The translations under genes and the position numbers were made by a program. From positions 50,468,001 to 50,532,000 of the forward strand of contig OX597824.1 in NCBI GenBank assembly GCA_951406725.2: a stretch of 64,000 bases of DNA, given 5' to 3'. Below the pieces are notes generated by a model. The model searched no databases and was not told the origin of the DNA. It worked only from the letters and a program-made list of their open reading frames with translations. Shown in pieces: positions 41,388 to 53,508 of the stretch. Each line of letters begins with the position of its first letter. Position 1 is the stretch's first letter. Source of the DNA: Octopus vulgaris. Its lineage: Eukaryota.

Positions 41388-41761
41388 AAGAAGCTTGCTT
41401 CCCAACCACATGGTTCCGGGTTCAGTTCCACTGCGTGGCACCTATCTCAAGTGTCTCCTGCTATAACCTCGGGCTGATCAAAGCCTTCTGAGTGGATTTG
41501 GTAGACAGAAACAGAAAGAAACCCTTTGTGTATATACATATATATGTGTGTGTTTTTGTGTGTCTCTATTTGTCCCCCTGCTATCGCTTGAAACCGATGT
41601 TGGGGTGTTGATGCTCCCGTAACTCAACGGTTCGGTTAAAGAAACCAATAGAATAAGCACTAAGCTCACAAAGAATAAGAACTGGGGTCGATTTGTTCGA
41701 CTAAAGGCGTTACTCCAGCATGGCCACAGTCAATTGACTGAAGCAGGTAAAAAATAAAAGA

Positions 41762-41765
<4 letters not shown>
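41388..41765 (+). mobile_element. SINE family A, 3' part (head at 39415-39449)
   Basis: cccaaccacatggttccgggttcag..ccagcatggccacagtc. Confidence 0.8.
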
Positions 41766-41800
<35 letters not shown>

Positions 41801-41802
<2 letters not shown>

Positions 41803-41997
41803 AGGGTTCACATATAGACACGAGGCGATAAAAAACATGCTGCCTCCTGTCTATATGTTATAATTTTTCGAATCCTCCGCGCAAATGCGGAACTATCCGG
41901 CAATAAATAAATTGCCGATTTTCTTTCAAAATTAGCCAAAAGCCTTTTATCATTAATAAAAATTCTTTATCGCCTCCTGTCTATATGTGAACCCTGG
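41801..41997. repeat. Inverted repeat (32-bp arms) immediately 5' of an HHR
   Basis: ccagggttcacatatagacacgaggcgataaa / tttatcgcctcctgtctatatgtgaaccctgg. Confidence 0.85.
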
Positions 41998-41999
41998 TA

Positions 42000-42086
42000 T
42001 CCTGCTGACGAAGCAACGCCAGTTGTAAATTAAAATTATTTTATTTTAATTTATATAAGATTGCAGAAACTATGCATAGTCCAGGA
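42000..42086 (+). ncRNA. Type I hammerhead ribozyme with intact core
   Basis: tcctg CTGACGA a gcaa..(long AT hairpin)..ttgc a GAAA ctatgcatag TC cagga, with a GUC cleavage triplet. Confidence 0.85.
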
Positions 42087-42221
42087 AAGATAGGGTAAAT
42101 GTTTTAATTTTTCGTTCCCTTTCAGAATTGCAACTATTAGTGGCTTGGAATTTTAACTGCTCTTTCTAGTGAGTCAGATGTCCTATTAGGGTCATCTCTT
42201 ATGTGTTTAAATGTACACTAT

Positions 42222-42361
<140 letters not shown>

Positions 42362-43289
42362 TGTGCATGTGTATATATATATATATATTTCAAGTAGTTT
42401 TAGGCATGTTAAGTATGCATAAGAGGATTGAGTGTTTATATATTTGTGTGTATGATGTGTCGCACGTTTCCCGTAACATTTTCTGTCTTTTTTACTACAT
42501 GTATATTCCCGCCCTAATTTTCCCCGCTTTCCCGTCCCCCCCTCTTTCTTCCTCTCCCTTTCTTGCACTCTCTCCTTACCTCCCACCTCTTCGCCAATTA
42601 CGGGTTACATTGTTTCCCCTCTCATTTTTTCAGTCCCTCCGTCATTCTGCCTCTCTCTCACTTTCCCTCGCACTCACACTCACTCACTCACTGTCTCTTT
42701 CTCTCTCTCTTTACTTCTTTCTTTCTCCTTCTCCCTGTTTAACCTTTGCCCTGCGCCGTCGTCATATGTTTGGTGTTTAGCGAACGGCATAGCTCCATTT
42801 TAATGGGCGGCCGCGCTAAACTGAATGTGTATCCGATCAAATTCTTTGCCGTAAACAAAAACATGCAAAAACAGACAAAAAAGAAATGGACACTGTCAAA
42901 CAAACAATCAAACAACCAATCAGACAAAAATAAATAAACACGAAACGAATGAATCGAACAAGGAGCCAACTAGCCATTCAACCGGACGCGAACTAACAAT
43001 CTCGATATATTCACATTATAACGCATTAATTGTCACCGTAATAGGGAAATACAACATGACATTGTTTTTTTTATTGTTTTGTTTCCCTCTTTTATTTCCC
43101 TTTCATTCATTCATTCTTTCTTTTTTTCTCCTTTCTTCTTTCTTTTTCGCTTTCTTTCTTTCTTTCATTCTTTCTTTCTTTCTTTCTTCCCTTCTTTCAT
43201 TCTTTCTTTCTTCCATTCTTTAAATTTCCTTTTTGAATAGTTTACCTCATTTAGTTTCAGTTTCTCGTAATATTCTTCTTATAATTTTT

Positions 43290-43383
<94 letters not shown>

Positions 43384-45935
43384 GCGTGGACGCAGGGTGG
43401 ACTTCAGTGCCTACCTGCACAGCCTGCCACGACTCTCGGCAAGAGAGGCAGAGTGCTGCGAAGGTGCCATCGCGGCGGCGGATGTGCGGGACGCAATGGC
43501 AGAATGCTCGAGAGACAAATCGCCGGGTTTGGATGGTCTTCCCTACGAGTTTTACAATTGTATGCCAGACTTGTTTGGAGACGTCTTGGCAGCGGTATAC
43601 TGCAACTGGCAGCAAAACGGGAGCATAACCGGTTTTGTGAGTCGAGGAGCCGTAATGCTGCTGAAGAAAGATCCAAACAAGGGGGACATTATAGATGACT
43701 TTAGGCCAATCACACTGCTCAATGCAGACCTGAAAATTTTGACCAAGGTGTTAGCCAAGAGGTTGGCGCTTGTCATCGAGAAACTGGTCGACAACGCACA
43801 AACGTGCGCCGTGCCGGGCCGGAGCATCCATGACAACCTCCATCTGATGCGCTACATCATGGACAGAGTAGTTAAGGAACCTGGCATGGGTGGGGCCCTG
43901 ATCAATTTGGATCAATCGAAAGCCTTCGATAGGGTAGACCATCGTTACTTGGAGGCAGTCCTCAGAGCAGCTGGTTTCGGTCCCGTCTTCCGCGGCTGGA
44001 TAGCTGCTTTCTACAGAGGCATCCGTTCGGTTATTCGCGTAAATGGACATCTATCGAGACCTTTCGACATTGCACGTTCGGTCCGTCGGATTCCCCCTCT
44101 CGTCGCTTCTATACGTATTGACTCTACTGCGGAAGTCACTTCTGTGGAAGCTGGCGACTCTGAGTGGCATCCCGCGAGAATTGGGATTCGGGACGAGCGT
44201 GTCTGCATACGTAGACGACGTCACCGTCATAGTGTCAAGCCACGAGCACATCGAGCTGGTCGGCGAGACACTGAAAGACTACGAAGCGATGACAGGAGCG
44301 AAAATCAACCGGGAAAAGTCAGTGGGCTTGCGGCTCGGCACCTGGAGAAGCAAGCCCATGCCGTCCACCAGCACCTCCGTCGTGGGACGCTGGACGGTCG
44401 GCCCGGTTGAGTTGCTCGGGGTCTGGTTCGGTCCGGACCTCCAAACGGAGAACTGGAACGAGATAACGAGTAGGATGGTCACTCTCGCCCGGTAATGGGC
44501 CGAGAGAAAACTGTCCCTAAAAGGTCGGTCGGAGGTGGCGAACACGTACATCGTGTCCATCATCTACTACCGCCTGACAGTCGTACCTTGTCTCGACCCT
44601 ACCATCACCAAACTAGAACGCATTCTCTTCCGCTTCTTGTGGAAAGGATGCGTCCCGATGGTCAGGCGATCCATTTGCTGTCAACACCCGTTAAAAGGAG
44701 GGCTGGGCATGCTGTGGTTGATGATGCGCAGACAGGCGCTGAGACTGCGACATCTCCGGCTCTATGTAGACGACGCTGAACAGGTGTGGTCGCCGTTTGT
44801 GAGGCACGCTTTCCCGCAGCTCGTCTCCATGACCGAACTGCAGTCGTGGATCAAAAAGAGGCCGAGGAAGGGCGAATGGCATCGCGAGTGTTGCGTTGCT
44901 CTCAAGCAACTCTGCCGTCCCGGGTCGACCTTGAGTGACTTCAACACAACCAAAGCATTTTATAGGGGATTAGTGGAGGGGAGGTACGACGACGATCTTG
45001 GGGCAAACCTGGGCGTCGACGAGGAATACCTGACCCGCCTGTTTAAAACGACTTTCGGGTCGTGACCTATAGACAACTTCCAGAGAACCCTAGCCTGGCA
45101 GTGCTACCGAGAAGCGCTACCCGTTCGGGATAAGCCCTATAGGCATGGCTCGAGAAACACGGAGTCGACCTGCCCGAGATGCGGGCAGAGCGACGAAACC
45201 GTTCTGCACGCAATCGTACAGTGTCCAACAATCTCCGACCTCTGGGCTTATGTCGAACGACTGCTGTCACGTGTGGGACGTGTCGGTTTATCAGCCGAGT
45301 CTATCGTTAATATCGTCACGCCTCCTTCCTTCAAACGGGAAGGAAGAGCTATTTTTATCATACTTGTGGCTATGGCGAAAGAATGTATCTGGTGGACGCG
45401 CCTGAAAGGATTAGAGACAAACAGTTTCCTCTCTGGTCAATCTCTCATCAACTTCTTCAAGTATCACTGGAAGAGGAAAGTGAGAGTAGAGAGGCAAGTT
45501 TTGTCTAGTGAATATTTTAAAAAAAAGATGGGTGAATGTAGCAAGGATGGCGCGTATGAATGATGAAGCCACCTTGACTATGATCCTATGAACCGTAAAA
45601 ATTAATACAGAGTTGCTTATTTGTAAAAAAATATAACATGTGACTTCATTGACCGAGGTAACCGTGGTCTTTTCCACAGGCTTTTCTTTCCACGGGTAAA
45701 CCTCACCTGTCCTCCCCTTTACACTTTATATTGACATTTCTGTGATAACGATCCCTATTGATCGATTTTTTTCCTTTTCCTTTTATTTTTTCCCCTCCTC
45801 CTTTTTTCCCCTCTTTCTTTCCTTTTACGATCCATTTTGATCAAAAACCAAACCCCCTTTTTTATCCCCAACAGAAAAGATCTACCTTGTAATTTGTCCT
45901 GTCTGTGTGCAGCCCTGTGTGGCTAATAAAGAAAC
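43384..45935 (+). mobile_element. Tx1-like LINE, 5'-truncated
   Basis: KSPGLDGLPYEFY, DFRPITLLNADLKIL, DQSKAFDRVDH, AYVDD, C-terminal CPRC..ET..H..C, and AATAAA. (TCTA)n on both sides. Confidence 0.92.
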
Positions 45936-46019
45936 ATATCTATCTATCTATCTATCTATCTTTACTCTTTTACTCATATAAGCCATGCGGCTGCGGTCAT
46001 GCTGGAGCACGACCGTGGT

Positions 46020-46880
46020 CTTTCTGGTTCCCTCAGTCTGGGGGAGTTTCTTATCACCACTCCTATGTCTTTGTCCCAGCTGTTGGCCCATTTGGTGAAT
46101 AAGGGAGTTTGATTCCGCTGGCCCTGTCTGCACCTCATGGGCTGTTGGCTCATCCAGTATTGTAGAGAGGAAGATGTCTAGTTCCTTTTTTGAAGACATC
46201 TACTTCCACCTTATGCAGATTTCATAATTTTTGTGGCAGGGAATTGAAGAACTGTGGGCCTTTGAATCCAAGAGTTTTGCGGTACCTGACCCTGAATTTG
46301 GATGGAGCTGTTGGTACCTTTAGTACAGTACAATGGCGGTCAGGTCTGGCATTTGTATAACACTCAATGCCGAATTCAGGTACTAGCCCTTCTAGAATTT
46401 TATATATGAAGATTATTAACATATCTGTCGCGCCATCGCTCCAGGGAGTAAAGTTGCAATTTTCTCAGCTTATCCTTGTAGCTCATCCGTTGCAGTGTTT
46501 CAATCACTTAGAGTTGGGCTTTTTCAAGCTCTGTTGTTAGATTGGCACCATGTGGTGACCATTACTGGCAGCTGTAGTGCAGGCAGCTGAGAACAAAGGT
46601 TCTCCACAGGGTATCTTGTCTTGAAAGACTTCAGTATCCATCCTACCAGTTGGTTGCACTTTATTGCCATCTTGGTAATAAGCATATAAAATGATGCGTT
46701 ATTGCATATGCTGATGCTGAAGTCTTTCACTGCCAGTGACTCTGGGATTGTAATGCTTTCGCATCTTGTATATGCAGGCTGTAGCGCATTCGTGAGTTGA
46801 CAGTGCAGTGCTTGAAATTTTCCAGCATTAAACTGCATGCTGCTTATTTCAGCCCGCTTGTATATCGAATTCAGGTCCCG
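46020..46880 (-). pseudogene. CR1/L2-group LINE 3' relic
   Basis: MQFNAGKFQALH, VGWILKSFKTR, YKILEGLVP, KGPQFFNSLP, KKELDIFLSTILDEP. Confidence 0.75.
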
Positions 46881-47044
46881 CTATAAGCTTACAGTCTTAG
46901 AAGACAACATCTCGGAAAAACTATTGTCCTAATTATATACATCAACTGAGCAGAATTTTCTCCGCGGAAGAGGTTAAATACAAGGGAAACATGTCTGTTG
47001 CTTTAAATACAAGACCAGATTCACTGCCATATTGCTAATATATT

Positions 47045-47255
47045 TTTCTTTTACTTGTTTCAGCCATTTGACTGCGGCCATGCTGGAGCACCATCTTTAG
47101 TCGAATAAATTGACTGCAAGACTTATTCTTTGTAAGCCTAGTACTTATTCTATCGGTCTCTTTTGCCGAACCGCTAGATTACGGAGACATAAAATCACAA
47201 CATCGGTTGTCCAGCCATGGTAGGGGGACAAACAGATACACAAATACACACATAC

Positions 47256-47286
<31 letters not shown>

Positions 47287-47336
47287 TGTATGTATGTATG
47301 TATGTATGTATGTATGTATCTATCTATCTATCTATC

Positions 47337-47367
<31 letters not shown>

Positions 47368-47368
47368 G

Positions 47369-47412
<44 letters not shown>

Positions 47413-47570
47413 ACGGGGATTCTCTCTGTTTCCGTCTACCAAATCCACTCACAAGGCTTTAGTCGGACTGAGACTACAGAAGAAGACACTTGTCCGAGGT
47501 GGCACGCAATATGACTGAACCCAGCACCATGTGGTTAGGAAGCAAGCTTCTTACCGCACAACCACTCCTA
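47045..47570 (-). mobile_element. SINE family A
   Basis: gactgcggccatgctggagcacc..aaatccactcacaagg..accatgtggtt. Confidence 0.8.
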
Positions 47571-47782
47571 ACAATAGACATGTTTCTCTTTTATTTAACC
47601 TTTTCAGTATAGTAAATTATGGTTACTTGACGTATATTAGGACAATAGTTTTTTTCCGATATGTTATCTTCTAAGACTGCACATTGTCTTACTACCTATT
47701 CGGAATTTTACTTCATCTAAAGAAAGAATCTTTCAAACAAATTATAGTTTCTAAAGAAATTACATACACACACACACACACA

Positions 47783-47875
<93 letters not shown>

Positions 47876-47986
47876 CTATATATATATATATATATATATA
47901 AATAAGGATAAGATCGTTAATTCAAATATCGATCTTATCATGTGGCCAGCATGGGAATAAAAACCTTCAAAGATAATAATTAGAAT

Positions 47987-48290
47987 TAAAATTATAATTT
48001 AGGGCATCTAAGAGATACCTCCGCGCTGGAAATAGCAGCCAAAACTTGACTCCATAACCACATTAAATTTATGTTACTCTGTGTATATTCCACTGATGAG
48101 GCAAAGCATTTCTTATGCAAAATCAGAAATCCGGGATCTGGAATTATCCAGTAATTTTTTGGTAGCTTATTTTGTCCTTTTGTCTTCTCTCCTAGTGCTG
48201 TATGAACATTAAATGTAGTTTTAGAGTGAAGTTTTGGCCTGCTATTTCCAGCGTGGAGGTATCTCTTAGATACCCTAAATTATAATTTTA
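47987..48290. repeat. Fold-back element (~80-bp arms) with an HHR in the loop
   Basis: taaaattataatttagggcatctaagagatacctccgcgctggaaatagcag / ctgctatttccagcgtggaggtatctcttagataccctaaattataatttta. Confidence 0.85.
48087..48144 (+). ncRNA. Type I hammerhead ribozyme, weak stem II
   Basis: attcca CTGATGA g..gcat-ttctt-atgc..a GAAA tccggga TC tggaat. Confidence 0.7.
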
Positions 48291-48513
48291 TATATATTGT
48301 TTAAAAAATTTTATCAAGTGATTTAATTAGTTCTATTTCTTCACTGGCCTTAAATTTCGAGCATTTCTGGGAACGGTTTTGTCTCTTCATTGCATGGGCA
48401 TTCTCGATGAATCAATTTTCCAACTCTTTACATGTGCGAGACTCTAGTACATATGTATTTAGTATGCTGACGGTACCTTTAAGGTATTAACTTCACCTAT
48501 ATTGGTGATATGT

Positions 48514-48553
<40 letters not shown>

Positions 48554-48728
48554 ATATATATACTCGTAAATATTTATACGCATGTACAGGTTTAGAAGCA
48601 TGCATAACGTGCACTAGGGCGCAGAAACGCATACACATGTACTCACATGCACGCACACTCACACACACATACATACAGACATTCATACGATCAGACATAC
48701 AATTGTACACATTCTCACCATCTCTCGT

Positions 48729-48767
<39 letters not shown>

Positions 48768-49333
48768 TACGCACACACACACATACGCACACACAAACGC
48801 GCACAAACACAAACACATACGCACATGCATACACATTAAAACATGTGCGCGCTCCGTCTCTCACGCACACGCACACACACACACACATGCACACACACAT
48901 CTACACACGGTCGCACAGCCACAATACCATGAAAAACATTAACTCAAAAGTGACAACTTCATGCGTTGAGGTGGGGGAAAGCGTTTGGTGAAAACGGTGT
49001 GTACCACGTGACCTGCGTCAATTAGCTGCGTGTGATGTGAGTATCGGGCAGTTTATGACTTTTAGCCGCTCTCAACGTTTAAAGTGTTGCCTTATCACGT
49101 GACACTGACGCTCGTAAAATTCTAGGCAGCCATCATTTTGACTCTTGTTTTCGTTTATGAGAGAGCGTCGTCGTAACGAAATCAATACAACAACAGCCGT
49201 AGTTAACTATAGGACGCTAACAAAGAAGGTCCCTATATAATGCTCGAAACAGCAGCTAAATCTCACTCATCCTAACTGTCTTTAAAAATGCGAGCTGGAG
49301 TGAACTACAGCTATATCTAGCGGACGAATATGT

Positions 49334-49378
49334 ATCACCGAAGATGACCATAAGAAGGTTGAAACCATACAGTCTGAT
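49334..49378 (+). ncRNA. Type I hammerhead ribozyme (U4C, decayed stem III)
   Basis: atca CCGAAGA t gacc-ataagaa-ggtt GAAA ccatacag TC tgat. Confidence 0.6.
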
Positions 49379-50436
49379 GGTGTCTGGGTTCTCTCCTCGC
49401 TTGCAATATATATCGAGTGAAGAGTGCAGTGCATAACCAGCTGGAGGAGGTGTCCTCTCGGGATTGAAATGGCAGCATTGTCGCTTCCTAAGAAAAACAG
49501 TCGTGTTTAGATGACGCTACACATTACTTCAATGTAGTTTTGATAAACTATGTAATCGTTTTATCTTTCACTTGTTTCAGTCATTGACTGCAAACATGGT
49601 GGAACACCTACTTAAATGATTTAATCGAACAAGTCAACCATAGTTCTTCTTTGTAAATCTGGTACTTACCCTATCGACTCTTTTTGCTGAACTGTTGCAT
49701 CATCTCATTATATCTTCTTTCTAAGCTTTACGTAACCTAAGCTTATGTGTCTTACATTATTTCATAACTGTGTTACCTTTAAAAAACATGTTCGAAATAA
49801 TTATCCAAACAAAAATTCTCCTAGAAAGCTTAAAAGACAATTAACTTTTCATTCGTTTTTCAGCTATTTGCAATGAGAAGATGACAACTTAACGATAGCA
49901 ATTGTGCACCACTTTGATGGCCGATAGCGGTACCATAAGACACCATAGCCCCAAATACGAGCCATTTCTCTTGACCAAAATATAAACAGCTGTACAGCTG
50001 ATCTAAAGGAAGATGAAATTCAAATACGGTAACTATCGCCGTATTATATTCATGTGCAAATTATACATTTTCTCCTTACAAAATCACTTTAAAACGCCTT
50101 TCAATATGCGTATGATGAAATATACGAATATTCCACCCATTCCCCCAAAATATATGCTTGTAATGTAGGAGTACATCATATACAAAAGTGAGCCTTATCG
50201 GCAGATAGAGTATTTGTAATGACTTTAATCTCTTAAAAGGACCAATAACCAGTTGTTAGAACTCAAATATACTTTTAATTCGCGTTATGTGTGTACACTC
50301 ACTCGTATGTATATATGTGGGGGTGTAGGTGTGAAGACATGGGAGAGTTTGGTATGTCAGTGGGGTCGCAAGACACACGCACACACACACACACGCGAGT
50401 GAGTGGACAAACGAAAGGGTCACCCAACTCATTTGA

Positions 50437-50496
<60 letters not shown>

Positions 50497-50498
<2 letters not shown>

Positions 50499-50720
50499 GG
50501 CGGCGAGCTAGCAGAATCGTTACCACGCCGGGCAAAATGCTTAGCGGCGTTTCGTCTGTCTATCCATTTGTTCTGAGTTCAAATTCCGCCAAGGTAGACA
50601 TTGCTTTTCATTCATTTCGGTGGGCGGGGGCGGGGAGTATCGATAAGATAAGAACCAGTTGAGCACTGGGATCCACTTATCCCCTACTCAGAAATTACTA
50701 CCCTTGTGCCAAAATCCATG
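50497..50720 (+). mobile_element. SINE family B
   Basis: aaggcggcgagctagcagaatcgttaccacgccgggcaaaatgcttagcgg. Confidence 0.75.
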
Positions 50721-51081
50721 TATGTGTGTGCGTGTGTGTGTGTGAGTGTGTGTGTGTGAGTGTGTGTGTGAGTGTGTGTGTTTGTGTGTGTGTATGTTCG
50801 CGCGCGCAAGTATCTATAGACATTTTTTGTAACATATTTATCACAGCCATCATATCGTAGATTCGTGTATTAAAGCGTATGTCGAAGGTGACTATAACAA
50901 GAGTTGGGAAGAGAAGGTTCGGCAAAAGATGGTGTTTATGTGTGGGTGGATAAGGGATAAAGCTGGTTATAGGAAGCAACCGATCAGTTCACTGGTCCAT
51001 CAACAGAACAAAACTCCGCATCACCCCTTATTGTTTAGCCTTTATTTGACAGCAATATTACCATGTCAGCTGAGACCCAAC

Positions 51082-51125
<44 letters not shown>

Positions 51126-51924
51126 GAGGAAAGAGGGGGAGTGAGAGAGGAAGGGATGGAGAGAGAGAAAGGGAGAGGGGGAGGAGAATGAGGGAGAGAG
51201 AGACTGGTGTGGGTGGTCGTCGTCTTTTGTAAGAACAGGTTCAAGTCTAACGGGTGTGGTTATTAAATCTTCCGTGGGGTAGCGGGAAGAAGAGGGAAGT
51301 GGACTAGTGTTGGATGAGAGAAGAGGAGGATAAAGAGGCGGTAGGAAAAAAAAAATGAAAATAAAAAGAACTTTAAAAAAATAATAAATAAAGTATAATT
51401 ATGTATAATACAAATACAAAAAAACTTCTAAAACATCAACAAAATGGAGAAAAGCGTTGGATAAAGAAAATGTGATATAAAAGAATAAATATTAAAATTA
51501 TAAAGAGAAATAACAAAAAGAACACAAAGAAGGGTGCAAGATAATAAATAAAGAAGTAAATCTGGCAAACGGATAATGATGAAGTTAATTTGAGGAAGAG
51601 GCATTTCATCGTCCGAAATACTGAAATGACGTAAATGGCAGCGTATTAGGCTGCGTTTGTGGGCATGTTATTGGTCGGTGAATGACTTGTATGTGTGTAT
51701 GTGTGTATGTGTGTATGTGTGTGTGCATGTGCGTGTGTGTGTGTGTATGTGTGTGTGCGTGTGTGTATGTGCATGTATATATACACACGCACACAGATGG
51801 ATGCTAGATATATGAATATTAATGTGTCTGCTATGCACCACACAGGCACACACAAACTCATATATACGTGTGTGTGTGTGTCATATATATCATATATATA
51901 ATGTATATATATTCTTTTATTCTT

Positions 51925-52315
51925 TCTTTTACTTGTTTCAGTCATTTGACTGCGGCCATGCTGGAGCACCGCCTTTAGTCGAGCAAATCAACCCCAGGAC
52001 TTATTCTTTGTAAGCCTAGTACTTATTCTATCAGTCGCCTTTTACTGAACCGCTAAGTAACGGGGACGTAAACACACCAGCATCGGTTGTCACGTGATGT
52101 TGGAGGGATAAACACAGACACGCAACCATATACACACACATACATATATACGACGGGCTTCTTTCAGTTTCCGTCTACAAAATCCACTCACAAGGCTTTG
52201 GTTGGCCCGAGGCAATAGTAGAAGACACTTGCCTAAGGTGCCACGCAGTGGGACTGAACCCGGAACCATGTGGTTGGTAAGCAACCTACTTAGCACACAG
52301 CCACTCCTACGCCTA
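51925..52315 (-). mobile_element. SINE family A, complete copy
   Basis: Full head-to-tail match to 14135-14545. Confidence 0.85.
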
Positions 52316-52486
52316 TATGTATATATATATATACGCGAATACTATGAACTTTTTTACTCCCTTATCTTTACTCCCTCCCCTCACTTAGCGGTCATTCTAA
52401 TAGCTCTTTTGTCTTAATAACGGTTAATCATACAGTAATTTCCCTTTGTTTAACGGTCATTTTCATAGCATTTTTTCCGATGGCCG

Positions 52487-52547
52487 GATAACTGAAGAGT
52501 TAGCGGCGTGGGTTTCCACCCCGGCATCCGAAACTCGGAGTTTTATC
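52487..52547 (+). ncRNA. Type I hammerhead ribozyme, partly decayed
   Basis: gataa CTGAAGA g..gtgg-gttt-ccac..c GAAA ctcggag TT ttatc. Confidence 0.65.
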
Positions 52548-52927
52548 ATGACTACCGAATAATTGTCACATATTACATTTACAGATAAATTCCTCTATTT
52601 ACATAATATCGAGGTCTCTTTCATTCTTTTGTTGTCTTACTATTATTATCAATATATATATATAATGAGGGTGATAAATTGAATATTAATTTAATCAACA
52701 ACAATTTAAAACCAGTAGCCTAGCATATAGAAAAATCTGAAAACTCAGAAAAATTGTATTACATGCGTATAAGAAGGGATGACCACTAAGCACACCCACG
52801 TACATGCGCCTATAAGTATATAAGTATATAAGTATATATATATACTTATGACCAAACGCCATGATAGATCGTTAGCTACTACACACATTTTTTTCTCTCC
52901 TTGTTTCTCTCCTCATTTTTTTTCTGT

Positions 52928-52969
52928 GTATCTTTCTGTAGAAGAGCGTAGGCTCGAAACGTAAAATAC
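52928..52969 (+). ncRNA. Minimal HHR-like motif (A6U) in a short repeat at 52860-53070
   Basis: ttt CTGTAGA a gagc-gtag-gctc GAAA cg TA aaa. Confidence 0.5.
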
Positions 52970-53074
52970 TTTTTCTATTCCTGAGCGCTTTACTAATACA
53001 TCTGTTTGTTTGTACACCACCTGCCTTCGTCTTTTGCTTGTTTTCGTAAACTTTCCCTTTATATGAGTATATAA

Positions 53075-53113
<39 letters not shown>

Positions 53114-53175
53114 TTTGATTTTGATTGATTTTTCCAGTTTCAGCTAATGAGCTGTGGCCATGCTGGGGCACCGCC

Positions 53176-53264
<89 letters not shown>

Positions 53265-53272
<8 letters not shown>

Positions 53273-53473
53273 TTGTGTCTGTGCTTGTTTCCCCACCATC
53301 GCTTGACAACCGATATTGGAGTGTTTATGTCCTCGAAACTTACCGGTTCGGCAAAGGCGTCCGATAGAATAAGTACTAGGCTTACAAAGAACAAGTTGTG
53401 CTGGAGTCGATTTGTTCGATTAAAGGCAGTGCTCCTGCATGGCCACAGTCAAATGACTGAAACGTGCAAAAGA

Positions 53474-53475
<2 letters not shown>
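53265..53475 (+). mobile_element. SINE family A, 3' part
   Basis: catcgcttgacaaccg..gaataagtactaggcttacaaag. Confidence 0.75.

Positions 53476-53508
<33 letters not shown>

Noticed and set aside
42745-43040. Possible host exon or conserved non-coding element
   Set aside because: Unique-looking sequence, but no supportable ORF, splice pattern or recognisable motif.
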